NCBI GenBank assembly: GCA_002707835.1
Contig: PANZ01000010.1
Location: 31,526 to 95,525 of the forward strand
Reading direction: 5' to 3'
DNA: 64,000 nt
Origin: Chloroflexota bacterium
GTDB lineage: Bacteria; Chloroflexota; Dehalococcoidia; UBA2979
The position numbers and the translations under genes are program-made. Numbering within the stretch: the stretch's first letter is position 1; every line of letters starts with the position of its first letter. A model generated the notes under the pieces. That model worked only from the letters and a program-made list of their open reading frames with translations. It did not search any database and was not told where the DNA came from. Shown here one piece after another: positions 27,694 to 37,413 of this stretch.

Positions 27694-29565
27694 TTAAATC
27701 CCTAGTGCGTCAGCCACATCACTGAGTCCAAGTGAAATTAGTAGGTCACGATTAGGTGCACTAGTTTCTTGATCCCACCCTGCTTCATCCCACCATTCTC
27801 TTTTCATTGTTTCTAAATCGATTGTGAATCCTTCATGTGGCCCTGATTGTTGTGGTGGGTTGCCCAGTAATCTACCTGGTACAACACGTGCTCCAGGATT
27901 ATTACCGTGTTTTACCGCAAAGGCCATGCGTAAATTAGCTATTCGTTCTCCAACATCATCTAACTCTTCGAAAGTAGTATCCCAGCCAGTAACTAAATTT
28001 ATCCAATCAGGGATTCGATTGGTAGGAGCCATTGTATAAACGAAGTAACACATACCAGCGGAGTTCATAATATGAGCTTGTTCATGAGCCTTTTTATGAA
28101 GGGGTCCTCTACCAGAAAATTGATTTTTATCAGCTGGTGGTTCGGGCATAGTAGGGAATTTTGAACTTTTACCTGGTGACCAATTAGTGTGCCTTGCAGG
28201 AGTAGGATCTAGAGCATATGAAGCCGCGAATCCAATTTCTTTTTTAGGATCATGCATAGGAGGTTCTTCACCATCTATTGCTGTTATGAATTCTTCAGCT
28301 GCGGGTCCAATACGTTGGGCCGCAATAGTAGAACCATCTGCTAACAGGTCACCTATCCCTTGTTCACGTCTACCAATTTTGTGAAGTATGTCTAAAACAC
28401 TAGTAGCGTTTCCCCAAGTAAGTTCTATTCCGTCAGTATCTTCTTTTGTCAGAAGGCCATTTTCGTAGCATTCTGTTGCAAAAGAGATGGTAGCTCCAGC
28501 AGAAATAGTGTCTAATCCATATTCATTACACCAATGATTAATGGCAATCATTGCATCAGTATTATTAACCCCATTCATTACACCAAAAGCACCTAAAGTC
28601 TCATACTCTGGTCTGTGTGTATGTTGAGGAAATGCAAATTCCCCTCGATCGCTCCCATCTACTGACTCTGCACCACAAGCTACGGGGCAATGCCAACATG
28701 CATATTTTTTCTCCATACTTTCATTGAAATTTGGCCCATTCATTCCTGACATATCCATTGTGTCGACAAGGTTGATTATTCCTACGCCTCCCCAATTAAG
28801 TACAGGAGCGTCTCCATTGATTGCTGAATTAGCAGTTATTCCTGTAGTGCCAAAAGTTGTAAAAAACTCTTTTGATTTTTTGTTGAACTCACCAAGGCTT
28901 TCTTTAACTGCGAGTATAACTTCTTTATTTTGTGCCATAATTTTTTTAGTGGGTTTCACCACAACAGCTTTAAGTTTCTTTGAACCCATTACTGCACCAA
29001 CTCCAGACCGTGCAGCAAGCCTACCGCGTTCATTAGCTACCCCGGCCATGGTACTAAGATTTTCACCAGCAGGACCTATCAATGCGACACTAATTTTTTT
29101 CCCTAGTTCTTCCTTGAATTGGTCTTCAACTTCAATGGCTAGTCCGCCCCAATAACTTGTTGCGTCTCTTAATTCAATAGTGTCATCGTCAATATATAGG
29201 TATACTGGGCTCTCGGATTGCCCGCTAAAAAGAATGCCGTCGTAACCTACAAATTTAAGCATGGGGCCAAAATCCCCTCCACAATTCGCATCACCCCAAC
29301 CACCATTTTTTGGTGATTTTGTGACTACCTGGAATCTTTGGCCAAATAAAGGTGTTCCAGTCATTAAGCCAGGAAAGAATCCGAGAATATTATCTGGGCC
29401 AAGTGGATCTGCGTCAGCAGGAATACGTTCAAAAAGCAGACGTGCCCCAAGGCCACTCCCTCCAAGTAGTTCTCTGTAAGTATGTTCTTCTATTATTTCT
29501 GTCTCTATTTCCTTGGTTGTAAGGTTTACATTGAGGATTCGACCATTGAAAGCTATATTTTCCAT
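27694..29565 (-). CDS. Aldehyde:ferredoxin oxidoreductase family (tungstopterin enzyme, AOR/FOR-like)
   Basis: The N-terminal AOR_N domain reads GRILNVNLTT…ELLGGSGLGARLL, and the C-terminal domain carries the conserved Cys-containing 4Fe-4S/pterin-binding region (…CWHCPVACG…). Confidence 0.8.
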   Translation of the reverse strand: MENIAFNGRILNVNLTTKEIETEIIEEHTYRELLGGSGLGARLLFERIPADADPLGPDNILGFFPGLMTGTPLFGQRFQVVTKSPKNGGWGDANCGGDFGPMLKFVGYDGILFSGQSESPVYLYIDDDTIELRDATSYWGGLAIEVEDQFKEELGKKISVALIGPAGENLSTMAGVANERGRLAARSGVGAVMGSKKLKAVVVKPTKKIMAQNKEVILAVKESLGEFNKKSKEFFTTFGTTGITANSAINGDAPVLNWGGVGIINLVDTMDMSGMNGPNFNESMEKKYACWHCPVACGAESVDGSDRGEFAFPQHTHRPEYETLGAFGVMNGVNNTDAMIAINHWCNEYGLDTISAGATISFATECYENGLLTKEDTDGIELTWGNATSVLDILHKIGRREQGIGDLLADGSTIAAQRIGPAAEEFITAIDGEEPPMHDPKKEIGFAASYALDPTPARHTNWSPGKSSKFPTMPEPPADKNQFSGRGPLHKKAHEQAHIMNSAGMCYFVYTMAPTNRIPDWINLVTGWDTTFEELDDVGERIANLRMAFAVKHGNNPGARVVPGRLLGNPPQQSGPHEGFTIDLETMKREWWDEAGWDQETSAPNRDLLISLGLSDVADALGI

Positions 29566-29698
29566 AAAAAAATTCCTTTGAGATATTGTTTTCCAATACT
29601 AACATTTTCAGCACAATTGTGATGAATTATAAAGCTTTTTTATAAATATTTGTGATTTTTCAATTCACGATATAATTTGTCTAAGGCGGTTAAAATTT

Positions 29699-30418
29699 AT
29701 GTTTTCGATTCGTAGTGTTTTGTCAATTTTGGGTTCTAATGATGAAAGTATGAATAAAGCAATTCATTCTAATGCTGATGTCATATTAGTTGACTTAAAT
29801 GATGACGTACTGGATGGACATCTCAGCAATGATTTAAGTGCTGCTCTAAAATCTATTTTTGATTCAAATCGACCTCTATTGTTAAGAATAAATGTTAATA
29901 GGCTGGCTTATTTAACTGATAATTTAACGACTGTTTGTTTCGATTATTTTGCGGGGTTAGTTGTAGAAGGTGTTGAAGTTCCTCAAGATGTTCGTGACGT
30001 AGATGTTGCCTTGAGAAAATATGAAGGGGCGTTGAATTTACAGCCAGGAGTAATAATTTTATTCCCCGAGATTAGTTCAATTGAAGGGCTTACTGCCTTA
30101 GGTAGTATCTTAGATTCTGTTGATCGTATCGGAGCAATGTTTATTAATTGTAAACAGATAACGTCTGATTTGGGTCGTAAGCAAAATTTTTCAGTTCTGA
30201 ATGAATATATTTTATCTCGTGCAGCAGTTGAAACACGTGCTAAACGAATTCCTTGGGTGTTGGCAGAATATGATAAGAACATTCAATCGGAACTAATTTC
30301 AATTTCCTATAATGCAGATGCTTTGGGTGTAGTTGTAACTTCTGAAGCACAAGTTTTAGGTATTAACTCGCTTTTTTCACCTAGTAGCTCTGAAGTGGAG
30401 CAAGCAAAAAGATTGTAA
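29699..30418 (+). CDS. HpcH/HpaI aldolase / citrate lyase beta (CitE)-like protein, divergent
   Basis: The N-terminus is RSVLSILGSNDESMNKAIHSNADVILVDLNDDV, where canonical DLEDAV reads DLNDDV. The later LFPEISSIEGL…DRIG block matches the family. Confidence 0.45.
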   Translation: MFSIRSVLSILGSNDESMNKAIHSNADVILVDLNDDVLDGHLSNDLSAALKSIFDSNRPLLLRINVNRLAYLTDNLTTVCFDYFAGLVVEGVEVPQDVRDVDVALRKYEGALNLQPGVIILFPEISSIEGLTALGSILDSVDRIGAMFINCKQITSDLGRKQNFSVLNEYILSRAAVETRAKRIPWVLAEYDKNIQSELISISYNADALGVVVTSEAQVLGINSLFSPSSSEVEQAKRL

Positions 30419-30579
30419 ATAAGTCTGAAAACTTGCAAAATCAGCAAGGTTCCATGCTGTATGTAAACTTTAACTTAGGCAAGATAGCATTAAGAAGAGC
30501 TTGTTGGTTTTCTGAACAGGCACGATCGGTACTGAAAAAAAGAAAATGTAGTTTGTATTAGACTAATACACTTTAAGGA

Positions 30580-31905
30580 ATGAATATGCCAGCAGTAGTT
30601 ATAATAGGTGGACAATGGGGCGATGAAGGTAAGGGAAGAGTCGTTGATTTCCATGCACGTTATTGCTCTTTAATTGCTCGGTATTCTGCAGGCACAAATG
30701 CTGGCCATACAGTTATCAATGATTTAGGTAAGTTTGCCCTGCATCTTGTTCCAGCTGGGATATTTTACGGTGATAAAACTTGTTTGATAGGTAATGGTGT
30801 AGTAATTGATCCTGATAAACTTTTGAACGAAATTGCAATGTTAAGTGAACGCGGCGTAGATACTTCGAACTTATTGATTAGCGATCGTGCTCATGTAATT
30901 ATGCCATGGCATCAAGTGATCGATAGTGCTGATGAAGAATTAAGGGGCTCGCAAGCTATTGGAACTACTGGGACAGGGACTGGCCCTGCATTCCATGACA
31001 AAGTTTCAAGGATTGGTATTCGAGTAGCTGATCTTATTAATAAAGATAAATTTCCGGAACGACTTCAAGAAGTGCTTAACTATAAAAATAAAGTTATTGA
31101 AAAACTTTACGATCGTGAAAGTCTAGATTTTACATCTATCTTAGAACAGTACTCTGAGCTTGCTGATAGGCTGGAGCCGTATGTAGCAGATACTACCGCT
31201 GTTGTTCAAGAATCTCATGAACGCGATGAAATGATTTTACTTGAGGGTGCACAGGGGTCATTATTAGATCTGGATTCAGGCACATATCCATACGTAACTT
31301 CTTCGGTTCCAGCTTCTGTTGCTGCAGGTGCAGCTATTGGTATTGGATTAGGTCCTACAGCAATAGAACGTGTTGTTGGGGTTTACAAAGCGTATCAAAC
31401 TAGAGTTGGCCATGGAGCTATGCCGACAGAATTATTTGATGAAAATGCTGAGAAATTACGTGAGGGTGGAGGTGGAGTACCTGGAACGAGCGAATATGGG
31501 ACTACAACTGGTCGTGCTCGGAGATGTGGTTGGTTTGATGGTGTGCTTGCTGGTTACACTTCAAGATTAAATGGTGTTACATCCGTTGCATTAACTCGTT
31601 TGGATTCCTTGACTGGATTTTCTAGCGTAAAGATATGTGTCGCATATGAACTAAATGGTAAACGTGTTACTACTTTGCCTGCAGCGATAAACGAGGCATC
31701 AAATTTAATTCCCATTTATGAAGAAATGCCAGGTTGGTCGGAAGATGTTTCAGGAGTGAGAAATATAAATGATCTGCCAATAGAAGCTCTACAGTATGTA
31801 CGAAGAATAGAGCAATTGATTGGTGCACCGATAGACATGATTTCTGTCGGACCAGAGCGTGATCAAGCAATAGTTACTAGAGATATATTTGGTGGCAATC
31901 TTTAA
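30580..31905 (+). CDS. purA: Adenylosuccinate synthetase
   Basis: The P-loop GGQWGDEGKGR is present, along with GTTGTGTGPA and GTTTGRARRCGW. Confidence 0.95.
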   Translation: MNMPAVVIIGGQWGDEGKGRVVDFHARYCSLIARYSAGTNAGHTVINDLGKFALHLVPAGIFYGDKTCLIGNGVVIDPDKLLNEIAMLSERGVDTSNLLISDRAHVIMPWHQVIDSADEELRGSQAIGTTGTGTGPAFHDKVSRIGIRVADLINKDKFPERLQEVLNYKNKVIEKLYDRESLDFTSILEQYSELADRLEPYVADTTAVVQESHERDEMILLEGAQGSLLDLDSGTYPYVTSSVPASVAAGAAIGIGLGPTAIERVVGVYKAYQTRVGHGAMPTELFDENAEKLREGGGGVPGTSEYGTTTGRARRCGWFDGVLAGYTSRLNGVTSVALTRLDSLTGFSSVKICVAYELNGKRVTTLPAAINEASNLIPIYEEMPGWSEDVSGVRNINDLPIEALQYVRRIEQLIGAPIDMISVGPERDQAIVTRDIFGGNL

Positions 31906-31922
31906 ATAACTAGGAGAATTAA

Positions 31923-32435
31923 ATGGAAAATGTGGTGCTTTTTTTGCATGTTGCGGCTGCAGCTGTTTTTGTAGGACCGCAGCTACTTTTATTTTTTGCA
32001 GTGATGCCAGCAACATGGTTGATCGATGATGAGCGATTGCGCCGTGACGTTACTCTAATAATTTCAAAACGTTTTGGGAAAATAGCTGCATTTTCTTTAT
32101 TAATTTTGTTGATAACGGGGTTATACCAATTTTATTTTATAGTGCCTGAAACAGTATCGAGTGATATAGGAAATTATAATTTTGGTCGTATATTCATGTT
32201 GAAGATGACACTATTTGTAGTGGTTCTTGGTTTAGTACTTTTTCATATAATTTTAGGTAAAAAGATTGGTAAGTTAGTCGATGCCTTAGTTGAAGGCGAG
32301 GATAATAGTTTTGAATTGGCTGATGCAAGGCGAAAATCTTTTATTTGGTCAGCAGTACTATTGTTCATTTCTTTTTGTATTCTTGCTCTTGGAGTTTTGT
32401 TGGGCAATCCTCAATTTTCATATGTTATAAGCTAA
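31923..32435 (+). CDS. Hypothetical integral membrane protein (4 TM)
   Basis: Hydrophobicity pattern only. Confidence 0.4.
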   Translation: MENVVLFLHVAAAAVFVGPQLLLFFAVMPATWLIDDERLRRDVTLIISKRFGKIAAFSLLILLITGLYQFYFIVPETVSSDIGNYNFGRIFMLKMTLFVVVLGLVLFHIILGKKIGKLVDALVEGEDNSFELADARRKSFIWSAVLLFISFCILALGVLLGNPQFSYVIS

Positions 32436-32461
32436 GTAAATTGTTTTTGGAATATAGTTTT

Positions 32462-33031
32462 ATGGATAAAAAGCAAAATCGAATCACCCTTGAAACAAAT
32501 TCTGGTGAGAAAAAATATATCCATAATTTCTCAATTGATGGATGTCCTTTATTTAGTGAAAGACTCGAAGAACATTTGGTTGCTGTTAGCCGTGGCGAGT
32601 CACCTTCAACAGGTAGATTTTGTGGATTTTGTTTCACTCCTACTGGTCCTGAAAGCGAAGTTTGTGCACATTGCCAGAGTGATTTTCGTTTAAGTAAAAA
32701 AACAGTAGAAATTGTTCCATTGGTAATAACTGAAATTCTTAGAGAACAAAGAAAAATTGAAGCTAGATTTGTGAATGGCTTTGCTTATTTGGGAGTGTTA
32801 CTTGCTGTTTTGGGAGGTTTGGCAGTTGTATTAGGGATTCCTTATTTACGTGATCACTTGATACCAGCCACTATTGTATATGCATTGATTTTACTGGTGG
32901 GTGTTAGGATTTTTGCGGGTGTTCTAGGTGGATATTTTGGTGACAACATAGGGTACAGTCGTGCTCGCAAAAAAACGGTTCAGTCTTGGGAAGAGCTCAA
33001 AATAGCGATGAGAGAAAATTTACACGGGTAA
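32462..33031 (+). CDS. Hypothetical protein with an N-terminal CxxC…CxxC zinc-ribbon and two C-terminal TM helices
   Basis: The zinc ribbon reads CGFCFTPTGPESEVCAHC. The ATG at 32462 is preferred because the track's upstream extension overlaps the preceding gene. Confidence 0.4.
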   Translation: MDKKQNRITLETNSGEKKYIHNFSIDGCPLFSERLEEHLVAVSRGESPSTGRFCGFCFTPTGPESEVCAHCQSDFRLSKKTVEIVPLVITEILREQRKIEARFVNGFAYLGVLLAVLGGLAVVLGIPYLRDHLIPATIVYALILLVGVRIFAGVLGGYFGDNIGYSRARKKTVQSWEELKIAMRENLHG

Positions 33032-33910
33032 ATCAATTTTTTGTTTATGTAATTCATTTTCAACTAGAATGGCATTCTCATTTGAAATTTGTATTAGGGG
33101 CATACGAGTAGGACCTATAGAAAAACCGATTCTGTCTAGTGCGTATTTCAGAGGTGTAGGGCTGGTTTCTGAAAAAAGAACATTACATAGAGGCATAATT
33201 CTGTCATTAACTTTTTCTGCTTCACTTGTTGCACCAGTTATTTGTAAATCTATCATTTGACTAATTTGAGATCCGATCAAATGTGATGCTACTGAAACAA
33301 TACCGACACCTCCAATTCTCATGATAGGTAGAGTGTCTGAATCATTACCCGACCAGACATAAAAATTAGTTGGTGCTTGATCGATGATTTTTTTGATTTG
33401 ATTTAAGTCTCCACTTGCCTCTTTAATTCCGATAATATTTGGTATTTTTGCTAACTCTAATGTAGTTGTAGATTCCATATTAAGCGCAGTTCTTGAAGGA
33501 ACGTTATATAGAAGGCAAGGTAAAGATGTTGATTTTGCAATAGTAGTAAAATGTTCAATTAAGCCTTGCTGTGTGGGTTTATTGTAAGCAGGCACAGTCA
33601 GTAACAATCCATCTAAGCCTGCATTCTCTGCTTCTTGGCATAGTTTGATCGACTCTGCAGTATTGTTATTGGTCGCACCGGCGATAACTGGTATTGATTT
33701 ACCAACGGCATTTTTTGTGGTTTTCCAAATTGCTATTTGCTCAGCCGAGCTAAGAGTTGGGCTTTCTCCTGTTGTACCTGTAGAAACAATTGATTCTGTT
33801 CCAGACTGAACTAACTTTTGCGCCAATTTTTTGGTCATGTCAAGGTCTATGTCGCCGTTAGGTTTCATGGGTGAGGCCATTGCTGTTATCAAGCGTCCAA
33901 AATTATGCAT
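33020..33910 (-). CDS. dapA: 4-hydroxy-tetrahydrodipicolinate synthase
   Basis: The DapA/NAL family motifs GTTGE and the YNVP region are present. It is adjacent to asd/dapB. Confidence 0.9.
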   Translation of the reverse strand: MHNFGRLITAMASPMKPNGDIDLDMTKKLAQKLVQSGTESIVSTGTTGESPTLSSAEQIAIWKTTKNAVGKSIPVIAGATNNNTAESIKLCQEAENAGLDGLLLTVPAYNKPTQQGLIEHFTTIAKSTSLPCLLYNVPSRTALNMESTTTLELAKIPNIIGIKEASGDLNQIKKIIDQAPTNFYVWSGNDSDTLPIMRIGGVGIVSVASHLIGSQISQMIDLQITGATSEAEKVNDRIMPLCNVLFSETSPTPLKYALDRIGFSIGPTRMPLIQISNENAILVENELHKQKIDLPV

Positions 33911-34928
33911 TGTTACCCCGTAACAAGTTGCGCTTTAACAACTCTTCAGCAATTTGAAGAGCGTTAGTTGCCGCACCTTTACGCAGATTATCACTCACAC
34001 ACCAAAATACGATACCCTTATTATCTTCTACTGTTTCATCTCTGCGAAGTCTACCGATGTGTGTGAGATCATTACCTTCTGCAGTTAGAGGTGTGGGATA
34101 TTCGTGAGGTGATTCACTTATAGAGATTCCTTCTTGTCTTGAAAGTGTAGAAAAAATTTCTTGAAGATCGACGGATTCCTGAAATTCGACATGTATAGTT
34201 TCTGCATGCCCTATCATTGTAGGCACGCGAACACATGTTGCCGTGATTGGCAGATCGGGTAAGTGTAGAATTTTACGAGTTTCATTCCTCATCTTGAGTT
34301 CTTCTTTAGTGTAATTACCTTCATCAAATTCATCTACTTGCGGTAGTACATTCATAGCTATTTGTTGAGGATAAACGGTGGGCTGAGGAATAACCTTTTC
34401 TTGTGTTAATGCTTCAAGTTGACCTGTTAATTCCAACACAGCTGCAGTACCACTCCCTGTAACAGCTTGATACGTCGAGGCGGTTACTTTGATGGGCTCT
34501 GATATCGATCGCATAGAGTGTAACGCGAGTGCGAGTGGAGTAGTTGTACAGTTAGGGATTGATATTATGCCTTCGTGCCAACTTAAGTCAGCAGCATTTA
34601 CTTCTGGTACTACAAGGGGTACAGTCCTGTCCATACGGAACGCAGAACCATCATCGATCATTACGGATCCCATTTCCCTGATAAGGGGTCCCCATTCTTT
34701 TGAAGCCTCTGATGTTGCAGAGCAAAAAACAATATCTGAATTCTCAAGAGATGCCTTGCTTACCTCTTCGACGATAATGTTTTTATTCTTAAATTTTAAT
34801 GTTTTACCAGCAGATCTTGCAGTTGCAAGTAGTTTTAAATCTCCTACAGGGAAGTTTCTTTCTTCTGCGACACGAAGAAAAACATCTCCTACTGCTCCAG
34901 TGGCTCCTATAATAGCTATATTTGGCAA
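33903..34928 (-). CDS. asd: Aspartate-semialdehyde dehydrogenase
   Basis: NAD-binding IAIIGATGAVG is present, along with an active-site Cys region (IPNCTTTP). It overlaps dapA by 8 bp. Confidence 0.9.
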   Translation of the reverse strand: MPNIAIIGATGAVGDVFLRVAEERNFPVGDLKLLATARSAGKTLKFKNKNIIVEEVSKASLENSDIVFCSATSEASKEWGPLIREMGSVMIDDGSAFRMDRTVPLVVPEVNAADLSWHEGIISIPNCTTTPLALALHSMRSISEPIKVTASTYQAVTGSGTAAVLELTGQLEALTQEKVIPQPTVYPQQIAMNVLPQVDEFDEGNYTKEELKMRNETRKILHLPDLPITATCVRVPTMIGHAETIHVEFQESVDLQEIFSTLSRQEGISISESPHEYPTPLTAEGNDLTHIGRLRRDETVEDNKGIVFWCVSDNLRKGAATNALQIAEELLKRNLLRGNNA

Positions 34929-34964
34929 GGTGTTCCCCTTTTACTGGTCAATTAGAAATAACGC

Positions 34965-35741
34965 TTATTCTAGTCCGAATAAAGATTCAAGACCATTAAA
35001 AAACATGTCATGTTTCATGACTTCTCGAACTGACATGATAACTCCAGGCATGAAGGAATCGAGGCCTGTTGAGTCATGTCGCAAACTAAAAGTTTGTCCT
35101 TCACTTCCAAAAATTACTTCTTGATGTGCAACTAGTCCAGGTAGTCTTATCGAATGGATCGAGATACCATCTAAAAGGCCCCCTCGAGTATTTTCGATAT
35201 GAGTGATCTCAGGAGTGTTGTTGATGAAATCACTGCCTCGAGAATCTCGCATTTTTTCAGCAGTGGTTAACGCTGTACCACTAGGTGCATCTACTTTTTT
35301 ATCATGATGCAATTCAATAATTTCTGCAGAATCAAAATATTTTGAGGCTAATTGTGAAAAATGCATAAGCATCACAGCTCCAATTGCAAAATTCGATGCA
35401 ACGACACCACCTAGGTTTTTTTTCAATAATCCATCTTGAAGGTATTCAAGTGTTTTGGGTGTGATACCACTAGTACCTATTACTGGGCGTACATTATGAT
35501 TCAAGACAGCTTCAATTAATTTCGGCACTGCTTCAGTGTTTGTGAAGTCTACTACTACGTCAGGTTTAACTAATTCAAAAAGTTGTTCAGCATCATTGTG
35601 GGAAGCTATCTCTTCAGGAACATTAAAATTAATATCTATTGGATCAAGTACACCAACTACTTCCATATCATCAGTAGAAGTAATGGCATTATAAACGGTG
35701 GAGCCCATTCTACCTGTTCCGCTAATTACGACACGTATCAT
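34965..35741 (-). CDS. dapB: 4-hydroxy-tetrahydrodipicolinate reductase
   Basis: The N-terminus is IRVVISGTGRMG, and EHHDKKVDAPSGTA is the DapB signature. Confidence 0.9.
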   Translation of the reverse strand: MIRVVISGTGRMGSTVYNAITSTDDMEVVGVLDPIDINFNVPEEIASHNDAEQLFELVKPDVVVDFTNTEAVPKLIEAVLNHNVRPVIGTSGITPKTLEYLQDGLLKKNLGGVVASNFAIGAVMLMHFSQLASKYFDSAEIIELHHDKKVDAPSGTALTTAEKMRDSRGSDFINNTPEITHIENTRGGLLDGISIHSIRLPGLVAHQEVIFGSEGQTFSLRHDSTGLDSFMPGVIMSVREVMKHDMFFNGLESLFGLE

Positions 35742-35776
35742 TTTTCCTCCAAACAGTAGGATAGTGATAGTAATGA

Positions 35777-36103
35777 CTAATCATTTTCCTCACTTTCCTC
35801 AATTGAATCTTCAGCAAATATTCCGAATTCTTCCCCTTTCCAAACAGTAACTATAAGATCTTCTCTTTCAGGATCTGCAGATAATACTAATCGTTCATCG
35901 ATTTCACCGATTAATTCTTCGATTGCATTATCATCCATTGAAGAATGTACGGATAATGTTGCGTGTGTTTTGCCTGAAGTAAAATGAATGTCTACTCGAC
36001 CTAACGAATAATCATTATTTTCTATTGTCCATTGTTCTGAATGAGAAGTGCGAGATTCACGTTCGAAGAAGTACTGACTCATAGGAACCTCCTTAGTGAT
36101 CAA
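35777..36103 (-). CDS. Hypothetical small protein with an acidic C-terminus
   Basis: This 108-codon ORF lies between proB and dapB on the same strand, and I recognise no motif. Confidence 0.35.
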   Translation of the reverse strand: MITKEVPMSQYFFERESRTSHSEQWTIENNDYSLGRVDIHFTSGKTHATLSVHSSMDDNAIEELIGEIDERLVLSADPEREDLIVTVWKGEEFGIFAEDSIEESEEND

Positions 36104-36120
36104 GTAACAATCTTACTAAA

Positions 36121-37269
36121 CTAAATTAAAATAAGATTATTACGATGAATAATTTCAATGGAATGGGCATACCCTAATGTTTTTGAAATGTCATCAGAAT
36201 GTTTACCTGCTATTTTTTCAATTTCGTCCAAGTCATAGTTTACGATACCTGTAGCAATGTGTGCGTTAGAATCTGAATAAATTTCTACAACTGATCCCCG
36301 TAAAAAATTTCCTTCAGCCTTTAATACTCCAGCTGGCAGTAATGATGTACCAGAATGTTGGAGTGCTTTTACTGCACCATCATCTATAATTATGCGACCT
36401 TGAACTTGTAGTCCCGACATAAGATAACGTCTTTTACTTTCAGTTCGATCACCTGTCGGTAAAAAAAGTGTTCCAACATTTTTGTGATGACAAGCATCTA
36501 TAATTACAGAATCTTTATGTCCATGGGCGATAATGACATGCGCACCATGCTGAGTTGCTAGGCGTGCTGCTATAATTTTACTCGACATCCCCCCAGTACC
36601 TCTTTCACTAGGTTTGCCGGCCATTTTCATTATTGAATCGTCAATTTTTTCTACTTTTTTAATTAAGTATGCTGAATTATTTGTGTGAGGGTTTTCTGAA
36701 AATAATCCTTCGGTATCAGTTAGGATAAGCAAAAGATCTGCATCTACAAGATTTGCGACTTGTGCCGAAAGGTAGTCATTATCTCCGATAGTTGATTGGT
36801 CAATTTCTTCGATAGAGACAACGTCATTTTCATTAATTATTGGCAATATTTTTAATGACAGCATTTGAGTGAGAGTGTTTCGTGCATTTAAATATCCTGC
36901 GCGATCGTTAAGATCATTTCGGGTGAGTAACGCTTGACCTGCAATGATAGAGTGTTTTTGGAATATTTCATCCCAACTTCTCATCAGTTGTGCTTGTCCA
37001 ACGGCGGCTAATACTTGTCGTGAATGGACATCTTTAGTTGTTAAATTTTCTGTTCGATGATTCGAATTAGCTTTGTGACGTCCAGCTGCAATTGCTCCCG
37101 ATGTTATAAGAATGACCTCAATATCTTTTTGTATAAGAGTTGCGATTTGTGCCGCGAGAGAACTCATAGTTTTTTGGTTTAATGAGTCAGTACCGTTCGT
37201 TAAAACGTTGGTTCCTATTTTTACTATAATTCGTTGTGATTCTGTAGTTTTCATTTTTCGATCTAACAA
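36121..37269 (-). CDS. proB: Glutamate 5-kinase with a C-terminal PUA domain
   Basis: IVKIGTNVLT, ITSGAIAAG, NENDVVS and GTGGMSSK are present, and the C-terminal PUA region (IIDDGAVKAL…) aligns to E. coli ProB. Confidence 0.85.
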   Translation of the reverse strand: MLDRKMKTTESQRIIVKIGTNVLTNGTDSLNQKTMSSLAAQIATLIQKDIEVILITSGAIAAGRHKANSNHRTENLTTKDVHSRQVLAAVGQAQLMRSWDEIFQKHSIIAGQALLTRNDLNDRAGYLNARNTLTQMLSLKILPIINENDVVSIEEIDQSTIGDNDYLSAQVANLVDADLLLILTDTEGLFSENPHTNNSAYLIKKVEKIDDSIMKMAGKPSERGTGGMSSKIIAARLATQHGAHVIIAHGHKDSVIIDACHHKNVGTLFLPTGDRTESKRRYLMSGLQVQGRIIIDDGAVKALQHSGTSLLPAGVLKAEGNFLRGSVVEIYSDSNAHIATGIVNYDLDEIEKIAGKHSDDISKTLGYAHSIEIIHRNNLILI

Positions 37270-37413
37270 CCTAATATTAAGATACAGCAGATGTACTCTG
37301 TTGATACAATTCTCTCCTTAGGATGACTAAATAATAGTACTCAGTCGAGGATAATTAAGTGAAAAATTATGTCTGATTGAAGTATATATTTTTAGAAAAA
37401 GCAATTGTGAGGA

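Noticed and set aside
32345-32461. 5' extension of ORF 32345..33031 (MVSSTIVHFFLY…).
   Set aside because: It overlaps the end of the preceding membrane-protein gene in another frame. An ATG at 32462 (MDKKQNRITLE…) gives a clean start.
36121-37269. Considered aspartokinase (lysine pathway) for the gene adjacent to dapB-asd-dapA.
   Set aside because: The sequence matches glutamate 5-kinase along its whole length (VKIGTNVLT, ITSGAIAAG, C-terminal PUA domain) rather than the aspartokinase N-terminus (QKFGGTSV) and ACT domains.
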